Of a stretch of DNA of 64,000 nucleotides, positions 1 to 13,044 are shown one piece after another. Numbering within the stretch: the stretch's first letter is position 1; each line of letters starts with the position of its first letter. This stretch comes from Rhizophagus irregularis. Taxonomy: Eukaryota. The notes under the pieces were generated by a model, which searched no databases, had not been told where the DNA came from, and saw only the letters and a list, made by a program, of their open reading frames with translations. The translations under genes and the position numbers were made by a program. The DNA is taken from NCBI RefSeq assembly GCF_026210795.1, contig NC_089430.1, positions 4,650,001-4,714,000 on the forward strand, written 5' to 3'.

Positions 1-42
1 ATATGTGACCTTGAATAGATATTGTTCATTATCAAAATACAT

Positions 43-681
43 TAATTCGAGATCCGGCTATAAATCAGTGAAAAAAAAATGGGGCGAAATTTTGTAAATC
101 ATTAATGAAATTTATTTAATTGGTATTTTTGTGGGTAAGGTATCAGGACCCCGAGCTATATATATAGAGAGAGGTAAGGTGCAGCCAAAAAAAATTACTA
201 TTAGCTCTACGCATTTTTTCAGGGCCGGAATTATTATAATGCCAGTCAGCGTCTAAAAAAAGGAAATAAATTCCGGCCGGCATTATCTATAAAAAGAAAG
301 ATCTACATGATTATTTTGGTCAATTCTACACAAACTCTTACCCTACCTTTTATGGAGGTTCCTTAATGTACATTGAAGGTGTGCGATATTAACGTACAAA
401 CTGGCCGGAATTAACGTTAACGCTATCACGTGAAAGTGCATAACTCCGCCAGTTTGTACGTTAAAATTGTACATCCCACTGTACGTTAAGGACGCCCCTT
501 TTTATGTATATCTCGGGGTCACTGCATCCAAATGAAAATGTTACGCAGTATTTTATGGCAGAAAAACCACAGCTTTCGAATGCATTATTAATTTCTCTTC
601 CGATAAAAATTAAAAAATGACTTGTCTTTGTGCCTTACTATTTACGAATTTTTAACTGATCGATATCCGGATCACGAATTA
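43..681. mobile_element. hAT-like non-autonomous element (MITE) containing nested insertions
   Basis: Imperfect ~30-bp TIR: taattcgagatccggctataaatcagtgaaaaa at 43 versus reverse complement of the right end taattcgtgatccggatatcgatcagttaaaaa. Flanks aaatacat (35-42) and aaatatat (682-689) match 7/8, consistent with an 8-bp TSD. Confidence 0.6.
355..497. mobile_element. Fold-back (MULE-like) MITE
   Basis: Nearly the whole element is an inverted repeat (ccttaatgtaca...ttaacgtacaaactggc / gccagtttgtacgttaa...tgtacgttaagg). Flanks ccttttatg (346-354) and ctttttatg (498-506) match 8/9, consistent with a 9-bp TSD. Confidence 0.6.
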
Positions 682-1421
682 AAATATATTTCACTTTGTT
701 GATTTTAATGATTTTAGCGAATGACTGCCATACTCTCTTATGTAATCCTTTATAATCGTATAATCCTGCTTTTCATTATCTTTTTCGCTCAGATTTTTAA
801 CCGCCTGCCAACTATATATTTTCTTTATATTACTAAATGAAATATTTGCGTCAAACATTCTAAAGAAATATAAACGTCCATTTTTCGTTATCGTTATATT
901 AGATCCACCCTTTATGAAAACTGATTCCATATCTTTTGTTAAGCGGATTTTGGTCTGGACAGTTTTTATATTTATAGTTTCGTTTGATCGTTAAACGTTC
1001 CACATAGCCCACTTGTTTCATCGTTTCGTATTCTCCTCATCTTTCCAACGAACTAGTATTCTTGACCGAATCGTCCAACACCATGTAAACTAATCTTATA
1101 TTTTGTTTCAAGACTTAGAAATTAGTATAAAAGCTTTAGAATTACACAAAAGGATTAGATGCACAACAGATAATTTTTCTTTATTTTAAATATGAATAAA
1201 TGAAATCGTTTTGATATACATATATATATATATATCAATTTACATTATTTGGTAAAATAATACAAAAAATAGAAAAAAATATAATAAATAAATAATGTGA
1301 ATTCTAAATAAAAATTTGTGTGGTTATATCGTTGACTCTAGCCAAATTACGTTAACTTCGACCGGAATTAAAATCATACGAAGTCGCAATTACAACTTTC
1401 AATATGTCAAATAAGACAAGT

Positions 1422-4400
1422 CTAATTATGTTGGATCTTGAGTTTGTTTAACAAATCTTGCTTCATCTCCGGAAACTCATTAGTATTCCATTTGCCCTCA
1501 CTAATTAATTCTTTAATTAATTCTTGAGCTTCACCAAGTTCTACATCAAAATATCTGAAAATTTGATTCAGTAAAAAAATTAAGTAAATTTATTTAAACA
1601 TATAAATAAATGAATATACATACAATACTTCAGGAAACCATTTTTGAAAACGTCTCTGATGTGGTAACATGTAAAATAACTCAATTTCGGACATAGCCTA
1701 CAAGAAATTGTTAAATAATTTAGTAATTATAACAATTCATGAATTCCAATATTATGCTAAATAATGGTATTATACCTTCGCTTTCATTTTATACACTACG
1801 CCTAGAATGTCATCATCATTCACCTCACCGTACAATGTGATAAACACATTAATAATATATATGATCATTGCGAACATGAATAAAACCATCAATATTACAA
1901 GCTCCGGATTATCAACAAATGACCAATTGGAAAATGAACTTGTGTCACCTAATAATTAGATAAATTAACTATCGTTGAATACTTTTTTTAAATGAAAAAA
2001 TAAATATAAATATACAGTACCTGTGAGTAATAAAATCGTTGCAAAAAATGAAGTAAAGATGTTTGTAAACATGTTTGTGTTCTCATCAGGTTTTTGTATA
2101 ATAAATAAATTATTATTTAAAACGTCAGTAGTTTCATTTTCATATACTTGATAAGTAGGGATCAAATTCCAAGGATTATTAGGGTCATCATTGACTATAC
2201 GTTTGTCTAAAGAATAACTCAAGTTTGGTGATAATAGAATATAAAATGCCAATGCAAAGCTCGATAAAATCATCAGAACGAAGTATATAAAGAAAAATAA
2301 TAGTTTTTTCACGACTCTAACAACTACTATATAATATTTAGCATAGAAATTAAATATCTTTAAAAATGTGACTGTTTTAATAAATAAAAATAGACATAAA
2401 AAAGAAGTAATTGAAGTTGTAACTCTGGTTTCACTTGTTCGAAATAAAAAAGCAGAAATGAAAACCGTAATTGAATACAAAGATACATCTGTAATGTTTA
2501 AGTATAAGCAATTAATAGTATTCTTTGTTATATATTCTTGAATGATATGAAATAGTTTAAATTTTTATACCAAATAAAAGTCCAGAAATAAGCCAAATTT
2601 CGTTGAGTTTATAATTTTGAAGTTTAAAATTATTAAAGCTGTAAATAAGCTGGCGAAGTTTTAAAGTCAGATAAAAAGATCCAAATATAATTGAACCCAA
2701 CAAAAAAGTTTTTCGATCATCTTCATCTCCATAGATAAAAGCAAAGGCAAAATACACAGCTAAAATTGCATGGATTAACATTATATGAAAATAAAGAAGT
2801 CTACAGGACCTCCATTTAAACCGAAATATTGCTCGTCCACTTCTTGTTTTATAAATATCTTTGCTTAATGTTTCAACAAATGGACTAGGTTGAGGTAGAA
2901 GAAAATCACTCCACCATTTATAATCTTGTGGATAATTAAAGAACTTAATAAAAGGAACCATAAAGGTAATTTTTTGTATATCTGATATGTCTTCTGAAGA
3001 ATTTCTGCAATATTTATGGAGTTTTTTATACAATTTACGCAATAGATAACCATAATTTGTCCATAAAATAGATCCAGTTAGATTAAAAATATGAGGAGGA
3101 TTTGCATTATTAAGACTTATACTACTTATACTGTAAGAAGTATCATCTATAATCAGATCTGTTTCTAATGAATATCTTTCAATATATCTTGGAAAATGCC
3201 TTTTCAGCAATGGCATATTAGATGTAATAATGCTCAAAAATATTCTGTTATTCCTTAAATCCTGTTTAAAATAATTCATACAATTTTTATAGATATGCTC
3301 TATTAATTCTAAATTATTTACTTCGATTGCAAATTTTAATAATTCAACACCATATTTCAAAAGGCTCAACTTATTATTTGCTAAATTTAAAGCCCATCCA
3401 TTTAATTTAAAACTATTAACACTTGGTAAAGGTAAAGTAATTTTTGAAAATATATTTTCATAATCTTGTGATAACAAATCCATATGATAAAAATAGTTTA
3501 AAGAAATATTACACTCGTTAAAATAATAAATAAAAAGGCCAATATTCGTTAATATAACAATAACGTTGTTATCAATTAATCTGATTCCAAGTAAACATCC
3601 TTTTCCAAAATTATGCTTTTCAATTCTTTTGCAAATTGAACTCCATTTGCTGATATCATCATTTCTTTTAAAAACTTGCAATACAATTTTAACGTCATTA
3701 ATTTTTATTTTCCACTTAATTGTATTATAAATTAATTCATCTTCATATTTCTTTGGATATTCACTTGGTGATACATCATCCATAACTTTCTTGACTTCTC
3801 GAAATAATGCGCACAATATATTTTTGTATGGATTAAATAAAAGAATTTTCAAATATTTGAGCATATCCTTGATTTCAACAACGACATCACGTTCATCAGA
3901 ATTTAAATACATATTCCAACATTCAATAATTGTTTCATCATTTTCATGACACAATTTATCCCAATTTTCTAACAATAATTTTTCTTCAAATTTAATCTTA
4001 AGAAAATCATCATCTAGAATTCCAAATGCGTATTTAGTTGTAATTTGAATATTATTTGAAAGAATTGCAGGTCGATATTCTTTTGATAAATGATGATTCA
4101 CATTTGAACCGTCTAAGCAAACTTTCCAATAATATTTCATGATAGAATTCCAAATTTCACTACTACGATCGAATAAAGTAAGTAGTAAAGGATACAACGT
4201 CAAATCGATATCTTTCATAATATCGTATAAAGAAATATCTAATAAAAAAAGTAAATAATTAAGTACCGATAATAATGCATTAAAACAAATTAAAATATAA
4301 TATATACCATCATTTATATCCAAAGTAGCAATAGGAATTTCCAATTCAATTGAATAAATAATAATTTTATCTTTTAAGTCCTTTTTATCATTGAATTTTT

Positions 4401-5260
4401 CATCCTCAAAATTTTCATCGTCCATTTTTTCATACTTGATACTTAAACAAATAAACCTTTCATTGCTAGAAATTCTGATATCCCTTTTCTCAATCTATTG
4501 ATTTGTTAAATAAAAATTAATTATAATATAGAAAAATATTTTTCAATGGAATAATTTGACGCATTTTATTACCTCTTCATCATCCTCGTCGGCAAATATT
4601 CTTATATTTTTTTTAGTGACTATATCCCATTCATAAATACAATTTCTTAAAAGTAAATAAAGCTTATTGTATTTTGATATGTTAATTATTTCGTAATCTT
4701 GGGGTATCTCATAAATTTGTTTACACATCCATTTGTTATTTTTAGTTTTTGTAGAATAAATCCGAAGAATTTTTTGATTCGACACTTTGTTACACATAAT
4801 AAATTCACCTTTTACATTGAAAGTACAATGGTTCTCATAAATACTTTCGTCGTCATATAGTTTAATCTCTTTTGTATTATTATTCATATCGATTATTCCT
4901 AATAAAATAATTAAATTTTTATGATATAAATAATAAATATGTGATTCAACAAATTATTATTCATTTTTACTTACTAGGTTTATTATTACATATATAAACA
5001 AGATTTTTATCATCAGAAACACATATTTTGTCCAGATTATTGACCTCATCAACTGTATAACGCTTTTCCCTATTTGTTTTATTTGTTTCATATATATTCC
5101 AACCGATAATTGATTTATCTTCTTGATTATAAATAACAAGGTATTCTTCATTAGGAGATACTTCTATCTTCGTAATAGGTTTACCATTATCGATATTGAC
5201 TTTAGTTTCATCGGTAATATTATCATCGATTTCTTTGATTTCTATGGAGAGGTCACTCAT
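1422..5260 (-). CDS. TRP-like cation channel (Glomeromycotina-expanded family), multi-exon, copy 1
   Basis: Start MSDLSIEI at 5260. ORFs 4967-5317, 4543-4887, 2557-4425 and 1965-2480 join by GT-AG introns. Contains FRFKW pre-S1 motif, hydrophobic TM segments, DDPNNPW pore-loop insert, LLTGD pore helix and EIELFYMLPHQRR...WFPE tail. Stop TAG at 1422-1424. Paralogous to 28830-33025. Confidence 0.8.
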
Positions 5261-6877
5261 TATAGGAATTAGGAAATTTTTTTCAAAAAAATTTACCTCG
5301 TAAAAGAAAATTACCATCTAATATATATTTTAATTATATTTAGTATACAGTATATATTACCTTTAAAGGATGCGGGATACATTTTGCATCTGATATTCTT
5401 ATTTTGGTTAATTGCAATAAGATTATCAGATCTCTAAACTTTATTTTTAGACTTATTGACATACGTTCGGATTAAAGATACTATCTTGAAATCAGAAATT
5501 TCACAAACAATTTTATGCATAAAGGCTGTTGTGTTTTATTATTCGCATATTGCATTTTCATAATTGCTTGAACAATCTTTATGTATATATTGTTGAGCCC
5601 ATATCAAAAAAAGGCAAAAGAAAATAAAAAGTAATCTTATTTAATTATTCTAAGTAAAATGTAAAATTATGAACAAAAATTGACAGTACTAGTATATAAA
5701 AGTCCGCTAATGAAAACGACTTACTAGCATGTAGATTCTTCCTTTTTATGAGTGCCGATCTCTTGTTCCTTATTATCTTTGTTTAGCCATTAGTTCTAGA
5801 TTTATTAAGATTCATTTTACAAAACGCCAGGTGAAATAAAGTTTATTTGTCGTATTTTTTTGTTATCTTGATTGGCATGTATTAGTTGTAACAAGGATGA
5901 TACAATAAAAGAATTTCAGATCACCTTACCGGATTCCGGAAGTGACCTACACGTTTTCTATAGTCAGTAGGATGGAAAAACGAATATGATTATCAATCAG
6001 CTAATATACTTTCATCTGATTAACTTCTTTTGTATGAATCTCTAAAACAACCGAAACATGATTAGATTGAAAGAACTTGATAATAAGTAATTGATGACGT
6101 AGAATATCATAATTTTTATTGTCCTAACAGCTAACGAATTCATTTAATCATTGTAATATGATGTGGGATTAATTGAGCTCTATATTACGTAATATCAGTA
6201 GAGAATATAATGTTTTGAGTTCTAAAAGAATAGAAATGCGTCTCGCGGAAAATAAAATTGGTGCGGTATTCTTCGACAAAGAAATTTGTGCTAATTACAT
6301 AATAGGTGGTTTGGAGTCGAGAATTTTTCACAATTATTAAGAATGTTTGATATAATTCTCATGATATTTAGAGATGATAAATTGGCAAATTAACGAAAAA
6401 CTTTGTTCGTGCTAAATAAATCACGTGATCGGTTTTTTTGGTTTTATGTTTCCCTTATTAAATACCTATTATACCACCAATTCAGTTGTAGCCCAAATTT
6501 GACCCATGTTCCAAATCAGATTTAAATCTTTTAATGCTTTAATCAACTTTTCTAAGACTGGTTAGTGGTTGTCCCGAGTCGGATACGGTTCGTCGCTACA
6601 ACAGATGTAAAAAAATTAGAACAAACATTACAAACATTACAAGTAAAATCAAATTTATTAAACTTTACCTTTTTCATTAATTTTAATTGATGAATAATGG
6701 GAATAAATAATACATAATTAAACGTTAATGAAATTACACATAAAGGTTCATTTTTTTTGATCAAAATTATTACACGATATTTGTTACAACGATTTGATTC
6801 CGAATGCATAATAATAGAAAGCTGCTTTGTATACAACAAATTCATTTTAACTTATTCATAAAATAAAGATTTTAGCG

Positions 6878-8294
6878 TATGATGAATGTAATCGTCAAAA
6901 TACTGTATTTAATTGGGGTAACACATGCAATGCAAAACGTTTTCAACAAATTTCAAAAATCTGGACTAGTGGTAATAATGATATTGATAAATTCATTCAA
7001 GATACTCAGTTATAAGCAAACATTGGTTATAAAGAATGGATACCTTATGATAGATTTTATAATATTAAATATATCTCAAAAGGAGGGTTTAGTAAAGTGT
7101 ATAAGGCAAATTGGATTGATGGATGTATACGGTATTGGAAAAATCAAAATTGGGAAAGACAAGGTCAAAATATGTTCGTTGCTCTGAAAAGTCCAAATAA
7201 TTCAAAAAATGTTACATCAGAATTTATGAATGAGGTATGACTAATTTATTATTTAAATTTTCTCATATATATTTGTGTATATACTGTGTATATATTTGTA
7301 CATATAATCTCATGTTAGATCGCACTACATTACAAAGTAGATGATATATTAACTAATATTATTAGATTTTACGGAATAACGCAGGATCCAGAAACAAAAA
7401 ATTATATGATGGTTCTGGATTATGCGGATAATGGAAGTTTACGAAATTACTTGGACACTAATTATAATAAATTAAGTTGGAGAGATAGGGTTGAATGTTT
7501 ACGTTTTATTGCATTAGGACTTGGATATATTCATAAAAATAAATTAATTCATCGAGATTTACATATTGGCAATATATTAACTCGTATGAATAATGTTTTT
7601 ATATCTGATATGGGATTATGCAAACCTGCAGATTACATTACACCAGAAGATACAAAAAATTATGGTGTTTTGCCTTATGTGGCTCCCGAAATTTTACGAG
7701 GACAAGGTTATACTCAAGCTGCGGATATTTATAGTTTTGGTATAATTATGTATGAAGTAATTTCTGGATTACCTCCATATTATGATATAAAACATGATGA
7801 AAACTTAGCAATAAAAATTTGTCAAGGCTTCAGACCAAGGTTTAATATCAAAGTTCCCTTTCTAATTTTATATTTAAAAGATGCTTGGATGCGAATTAAA
7901 CCGACCAACAGTAAGTGAAATTAGTAAAATTATAATCCGATGGTATAGTGAATATTATGAATCCAATGATGATAATCGAACAGAATTAGTTAATAAAGAA
8001 GAACTACTCAATTATAAATTATCAACTAAAAGTATACCTTCAACTAATTTAGCATTATCATATGAAATACATTCAGAAGTTATTTATAGGTAGATTACTT
8101 AATTTTGATAATCTTCCTGAACCAAAAAACTCTTAAAGATTATTACGAACAAAATGATAATATTATAAGCAAGGAATCTTTAGGTATTAATTAATAATTT
8201 TTAATAATTTTAATTATAAAAATCTTAATGAAATTTATTTAATTAAATAGAGTATTTACAAGTTGATATTTCTCAATTGAAAATTAACGAATAA
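6878..8294 (+). pseudogene. Tyrosine-kinase-like (TKL) protein kinase pseudogene
   Basis: WTSGNNDIDKFIQ, EWIPYDRF, KGGFSKVYKA, HRDLHIGNIL, DMG, YVAPE and DIYSFG motifs. In-frame TAA at 7013-7015 and frameshifts near 7860-7880 and 8090. Confidence 0.85.
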
Positions 8295-8994
8295 TGGTCG
8301 GTAAATTTTTAATTTATCATTAATATGTTATTTATTCATTCTTAAAAAAATTATTATATTTATTATATTCTATTTTATTTCATTTTTTTTTTAGATAGGA
8401 AAAGGGATAATTTTTTACTTAAAGAGATGAAATTTTATAGTATTATTTTGTTATTTTACTTTACCTAAGAGATAACGTTTATTTAAAGGCATATTTTTTA
8501 TTTTCAATATAATGATATTATTGGTGTTTACGGAATATTTATTATGGCCTAGTATTATCATGAATGATTTCAAAATAATAAAATTAATGGTACAAAGTTT
8601 TATGTAATCATTAAGAAGCAAAAAATCTTATGATTAACCCTGTAAATATAATTCTTTTAATCACAAACCTTAAAAGTCATTTGAGAGAAACTTAAATTTG
8701 CAAGGTCAAAAATATTGTCTAAAATCAAATTTCGTGCTTCATAGATCATGTGATATAATTACCAAACGAAAATCATGTGACAAATTTTTTGTCGCAGTAA
8801 ATTTTAGTTACACGTACTTGTTAAAATCATTTTTTTTTGTAGATGCAAACTTCAATATTTTCAACAATTGGACTAAATTTATTCAGTTATCAGCAAAAGA
8901 TTCTTTTAAGTATTAAAATAGATAACATTTCATGATATTGTTAAAGTCAGAGTTTGGAAAGTATATAAATTATTAGAACAAAACGATATTCGTT

Positions 8995-9421
8995 GCTATT
9001 GTCTAAAGAGATGCGAGAAAAAAATACATCAAAAATAATTCATTTGACGAAAAAATAAAATTACCAGGTCCAGGTGCAGGATGATACACACCCGCACCTA
9101 CCAAAATAGTGGGTTTATCCGATATAAATGGAATCAGTATGTGATCAAGGAATGAGTTCATTGACGTTAATCTTTAGACAAACGTTCCCACAGAGTTGCT
9201 TTTTTGGCTTTTGAGTATGCTTATCTTGGATACATTGTTGTTGCAACACCAATAACTGTGTCGCCAACACGTTTAATTTCTGCGTAACGGCCCGTGTTTG
9301 GAAGGATACAGAAAATTAGCTGTTGGGCTTTGGAATTATTACCAGCCTTCAACCAGGCTTGTTTTCTATATTTCCTTGAGGATTCGCATGTAAGATTGAA
9401 GGATTTCTATTTGAAATATTT
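8995..9421 (-). pseudogene. Argonaute MID/PIWI-domain fragment (pseudogene)
   Basis: Minus strand reads, with frameshifts, KQAWLKAGN...QLIFCILPNTGRYAEIKRVGDTVIGVAT/QCIQDKH...NVCLKINV/MNSFL...KPTILVGAGVYHPAPG, followed by a gtaa donor at 9064. These are hallmark eukaryotic AGO motifs. Not in the ORF track. Confidence 0.85.
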
Positions 9422-9830
9422 TTGAGAATATAATAATATTAATTGGAAACTTGAATGATTCATTGGAATAATAAAATCAGGAATTTTGGGAGTTTGTTCC
9501 ATCAGGGCCTTAAATTTTGATCCCGAAGGAGTGAGCTATTATTATTCTACCAAAGTGAAAAGGATGAAAAATTATGAAATTATAGAAAAAGAATTATGAA
9601 AAAGTTATGTTAAAAAAAAATACAAGAAATCAAGAAAATCATGAAAATCATGAAAAAAATTGTGAATATTATGAAAATTAAAAAATACATATTCCAAGAA
9701 ACCTGTTGCTCTGAAAGTTTAGATAATTAAAAAATGTTATATGATTGAGGTATAATAAATTTATTATTTGATGAAATTTTTTAATTTTTTTTTTTACTAA
9801 CATTTTATTTTATTTATGGGAAATGTACAG

Positions 9831-10410
9831 ATTACTTCATATCATAAATCAACCTTCAAGAGTTCAAGGTGTTTATTGTGTTTGCGTTATTGAATTTTAT
9901 AGAACAATTCAAGATTCAGATGCAGAAAATTATATGATTTGATCTTGATTTTGTAACGAATGGAAGTTTATGGTACGAAATTAGTTATATGTGAATTAAG
10001 TTGGGGAGTATAACATTACAATTATTACAATTGGACTTGTTCATTAATCTATTAATGTTAGCCAAATAATGATGCTATCAGAAAATATATGCTATATTTT
10101 TCCTAAATTTTATGAGGACTAAAGCTACTTATATTTATAATTGTATATGAAGTGATCTCTGGATTATTTACATATCATGATGTAAGCTACGATAGAAATT
10201 TAGAAATAGAGAATTTTTCAGGAATTAGGTCAATCTGCGCAATTGAACGAACACGAAATTACGATGACGAGAGCTATAATATTATCTCTCGTTATCCACG
10301 AAATGGGAGAAGCAGAAGAGCGAGCAGAGATGGAAGAGTCGGTGGTACTCATTGCGCTTATAATTAAATGATATCGTTAAGTCGACCGACATCAGAAGAA
10401 ATTAAGAAGG
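9831..10410 (+). pseudogene. Heavily decayed TKL kinase fragment
   Basis: Residual QD..ENYM..LD..NGSL, YEVISGLFTYHDVSYDRNL and SRPTSEEIKK motifs, with many stops and indels. Similar to the 6878-8294 kinase. Confidence 0.65.
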
Positions 10411-11428
10411 TTTTGGGACAAAATTATCCATTTACAAAAAGAAAAACAGAAGCAAAATTAGAAAAGTCAATATTCTTTCTATTAAAATGATATTTCTAAT
10501 TCGAAATTTTTAATTTATTTAAATGGTTTATTAATGCTTTAATTAATATATTATAATTTTTATTTTTATTTTTTTATCTTTTTTTTATTTTAGATCAAAT
10601 AGTAAATTTAAAAGTTAAGAATAAAAATTTCTAATTTCGTAATTGTAAAAATGTAAAGTTTAATTTGATTTTGATTTAATTTATTATTCTACAATATATA
10701 ATAATTCTGATTCTAATTGCAAAACATGATCAAAAGATACAATATAAACAAGTTGTGATTGATGAAAATAATATTTATAAACTCGTTGGAATAATTCGTA
10801 GAGTAATAATATATAATTCCCTTTTTTATAGATCGCACGAAGTCAAAATTTTTAACAATGATGTAACAAATATCATTAGAGCTTGAAACTTTAACAATTG
10901 ATCCTAAAAGATCAATTTATTCATTCTCGTATGATCATACACATCGAGGAGGATGTGAAATATTGGACCAAATATCCAATTTTTCCATGTCCACAATTAG
11001 TTATAATTTGATAATTTGAATATGTAATCAAATAAAAAAAAAGTGATATTATACGATAGTTTATTTATAAATTCTTGATGATACTTAATAAAATCATATG
11101 TCATCAATATTTACATGATTATAAAATAAATTATATACCAAACACATCAAATACCCCAAGAAAACTCTAACATATATTGCAATATATCGTTCCATAAATA
11201 TTTCTTCCCTAATGATATTAATATAATATACAAATAAAGTTTTTCCTTAAATATTTTCTTTGCTTTCAAAAAGTTAATTAAGAATAACAATGAAATACAA
11301 AAAAAAAATGTAAAATCAATCATAAAGATCATAAAGATCATAATTAATAAAATAATTAAAGGGGAGGAAGGAGAATCCACCACTCCCATATAAAATAAAA
11401 TGTTTATAAATTATTAATTTAAAAGATT

Positions 11429-12413
11429 TCAACCATGAACAGCATGAATTGGTGCAGAATTAGCCCACGTCAAGGGAACTACTAAATCACCAATATATTC
11501 AACTTCAATGTGTTCAATAGCTTCTTGTATTTCTTCCATAACTTTCGTTAGCTTTGTAAGCAATCAAAGAAGGAACAAGTTAATAAGTAAAATTTTTTCA
11601 TTAAAATAGAAAAATAACAACTGCAAAGTACATACCCATTTCTGATCCTCTTCTGTAACACACCCACCACCCAATACTACATGTGGAGGTAAATCCATTG
11701 CAACTCCCCGTTTATCGGGTGAAGCAGCCTGTTGAGATTGCAGTGATGTTCGAGATTTTTTACGTTGATGCATCTTTGGTAATGTGCTACTCTTCTCTTG
11801 TATCTTTTGAAGAGTCTTTGAATCAAGCTTGATTGAACCTAACAAGTCTCTAAAAGAAAAATTGATAGTTAATTTCAAGCTCGAAACCTTTGAAAAAAAA
11901 TAAAAAAAATTAAATAATACTTGTATTCATTTGCACGATCTATTGCATCTTGTTGTTGTAAACGCTCAGTAGCATATGTATTTGATATATCAATAAAGTT
12001 CCTAAAATATAAAAATAAATTATTTAACCACAATTTATTTAAATGATTGGTACAATTTAAGATATAGAATTAATTAAAACTAACTCTGATGTTCGCTGAA
12101 CAATCTTTTGCAGTGCATCCTGCTCGGCAGTGGCATCATAACGTGGGTAAGACATCCTCGGTCTAATATAAATATTTACATTAAAAATAAAATTAATTTT
12201 TGTAAATATTAAAAAACAATCGATATGTAGAATATTAAAAATTATTCTCAACCGACGTTTCATATGCCGAGGAGCCGTCACGAGGTATTAGACGAGTACT
12301 TTCGTTTGTCTATTACCAAAGAGTTAGTCATTACCAAAAAAAAAAAAATGAAAGAACCTGAAAAAAACGAATCAAACCTTACTATCGTCATCTTTACTTC
12401 CACAACATCCCAT
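11429..12413 (-). CDS. LAMTOR1: Ragulator/EGO anchor subunit LAMTOR1/Meh1-like, 6 exons
   Basis: Starts MGCCGSKDDDSK (myristoylation plus dual palmitoylation). Exon 2 has ESTRLI ([DE]xxxL[LI] sorting motif). Then ALQKIVQRTSENFIDIS and C-terminal IEHIEVEYIGDLVVPL. Stop TGA at 11429-11431. Confidence 0.8.
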
Positions 12414-13044
12414 TTTTATGAAATAGGGTTCTTTAGAATTGAACACTAAAATAAATATTAAAATAGAAAATAAGGGAAAGTATTCTTTTATTTGGAATTG
12501 CTTGTTATGGTTTTGTTATTTTAGATATTTGGATATTAATTGTAGTTATTGATAGTTTCAACAGATAGGCAATTTATATAATTATTTGTAGTCTCACGTG
12601 AAAAAATAGCACAATGCATGTCTTTTTTAAATTTGTGATCACATTCGAGACCATCTAGATTAGAGATGGATAGATTACGTAGATTACGTTGCGTATCACC
12701 GAAAAAAATAGATCATAGAGAAAATCAGATATCCCTTCTTTGGAATATGGCTTTTTTTTAATAATATACTATTTAATTGGACAACGTATTTTATTCCCAC
12801 ATATATTAATTGTAATTTTGTATTACGTCATCTTCCATCGTTTCCGATGAGAAACAAAATTAATTTGGATTATTTTGGTTGCGGCTAAAAACTCTATTTA
12901 TGAAATTATTAATAGTAAACCTAATCGGATAAGATCAATAAGATCACTAAATATGAACATTTAAATTTAAATTATAACTAGTTAAATTATAATTATAATA
13001 ATTAATCTGTCATCTAAATTATATTTTTTTTGCCGCAGCTCTTA

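Noticed and set aside
691..1084. 79-aa minus-strand ORF with a coding-looking upstream extension
   Set aside because: The upstream frame has two stops and I recognise no family. Possibly a gene relic, but not supportable.
6879..7187. 102-aa plus-strand ORF
   Set aside because: Off-frame shadow of the kinase pseudogene; the kinase motifs are in another frame.
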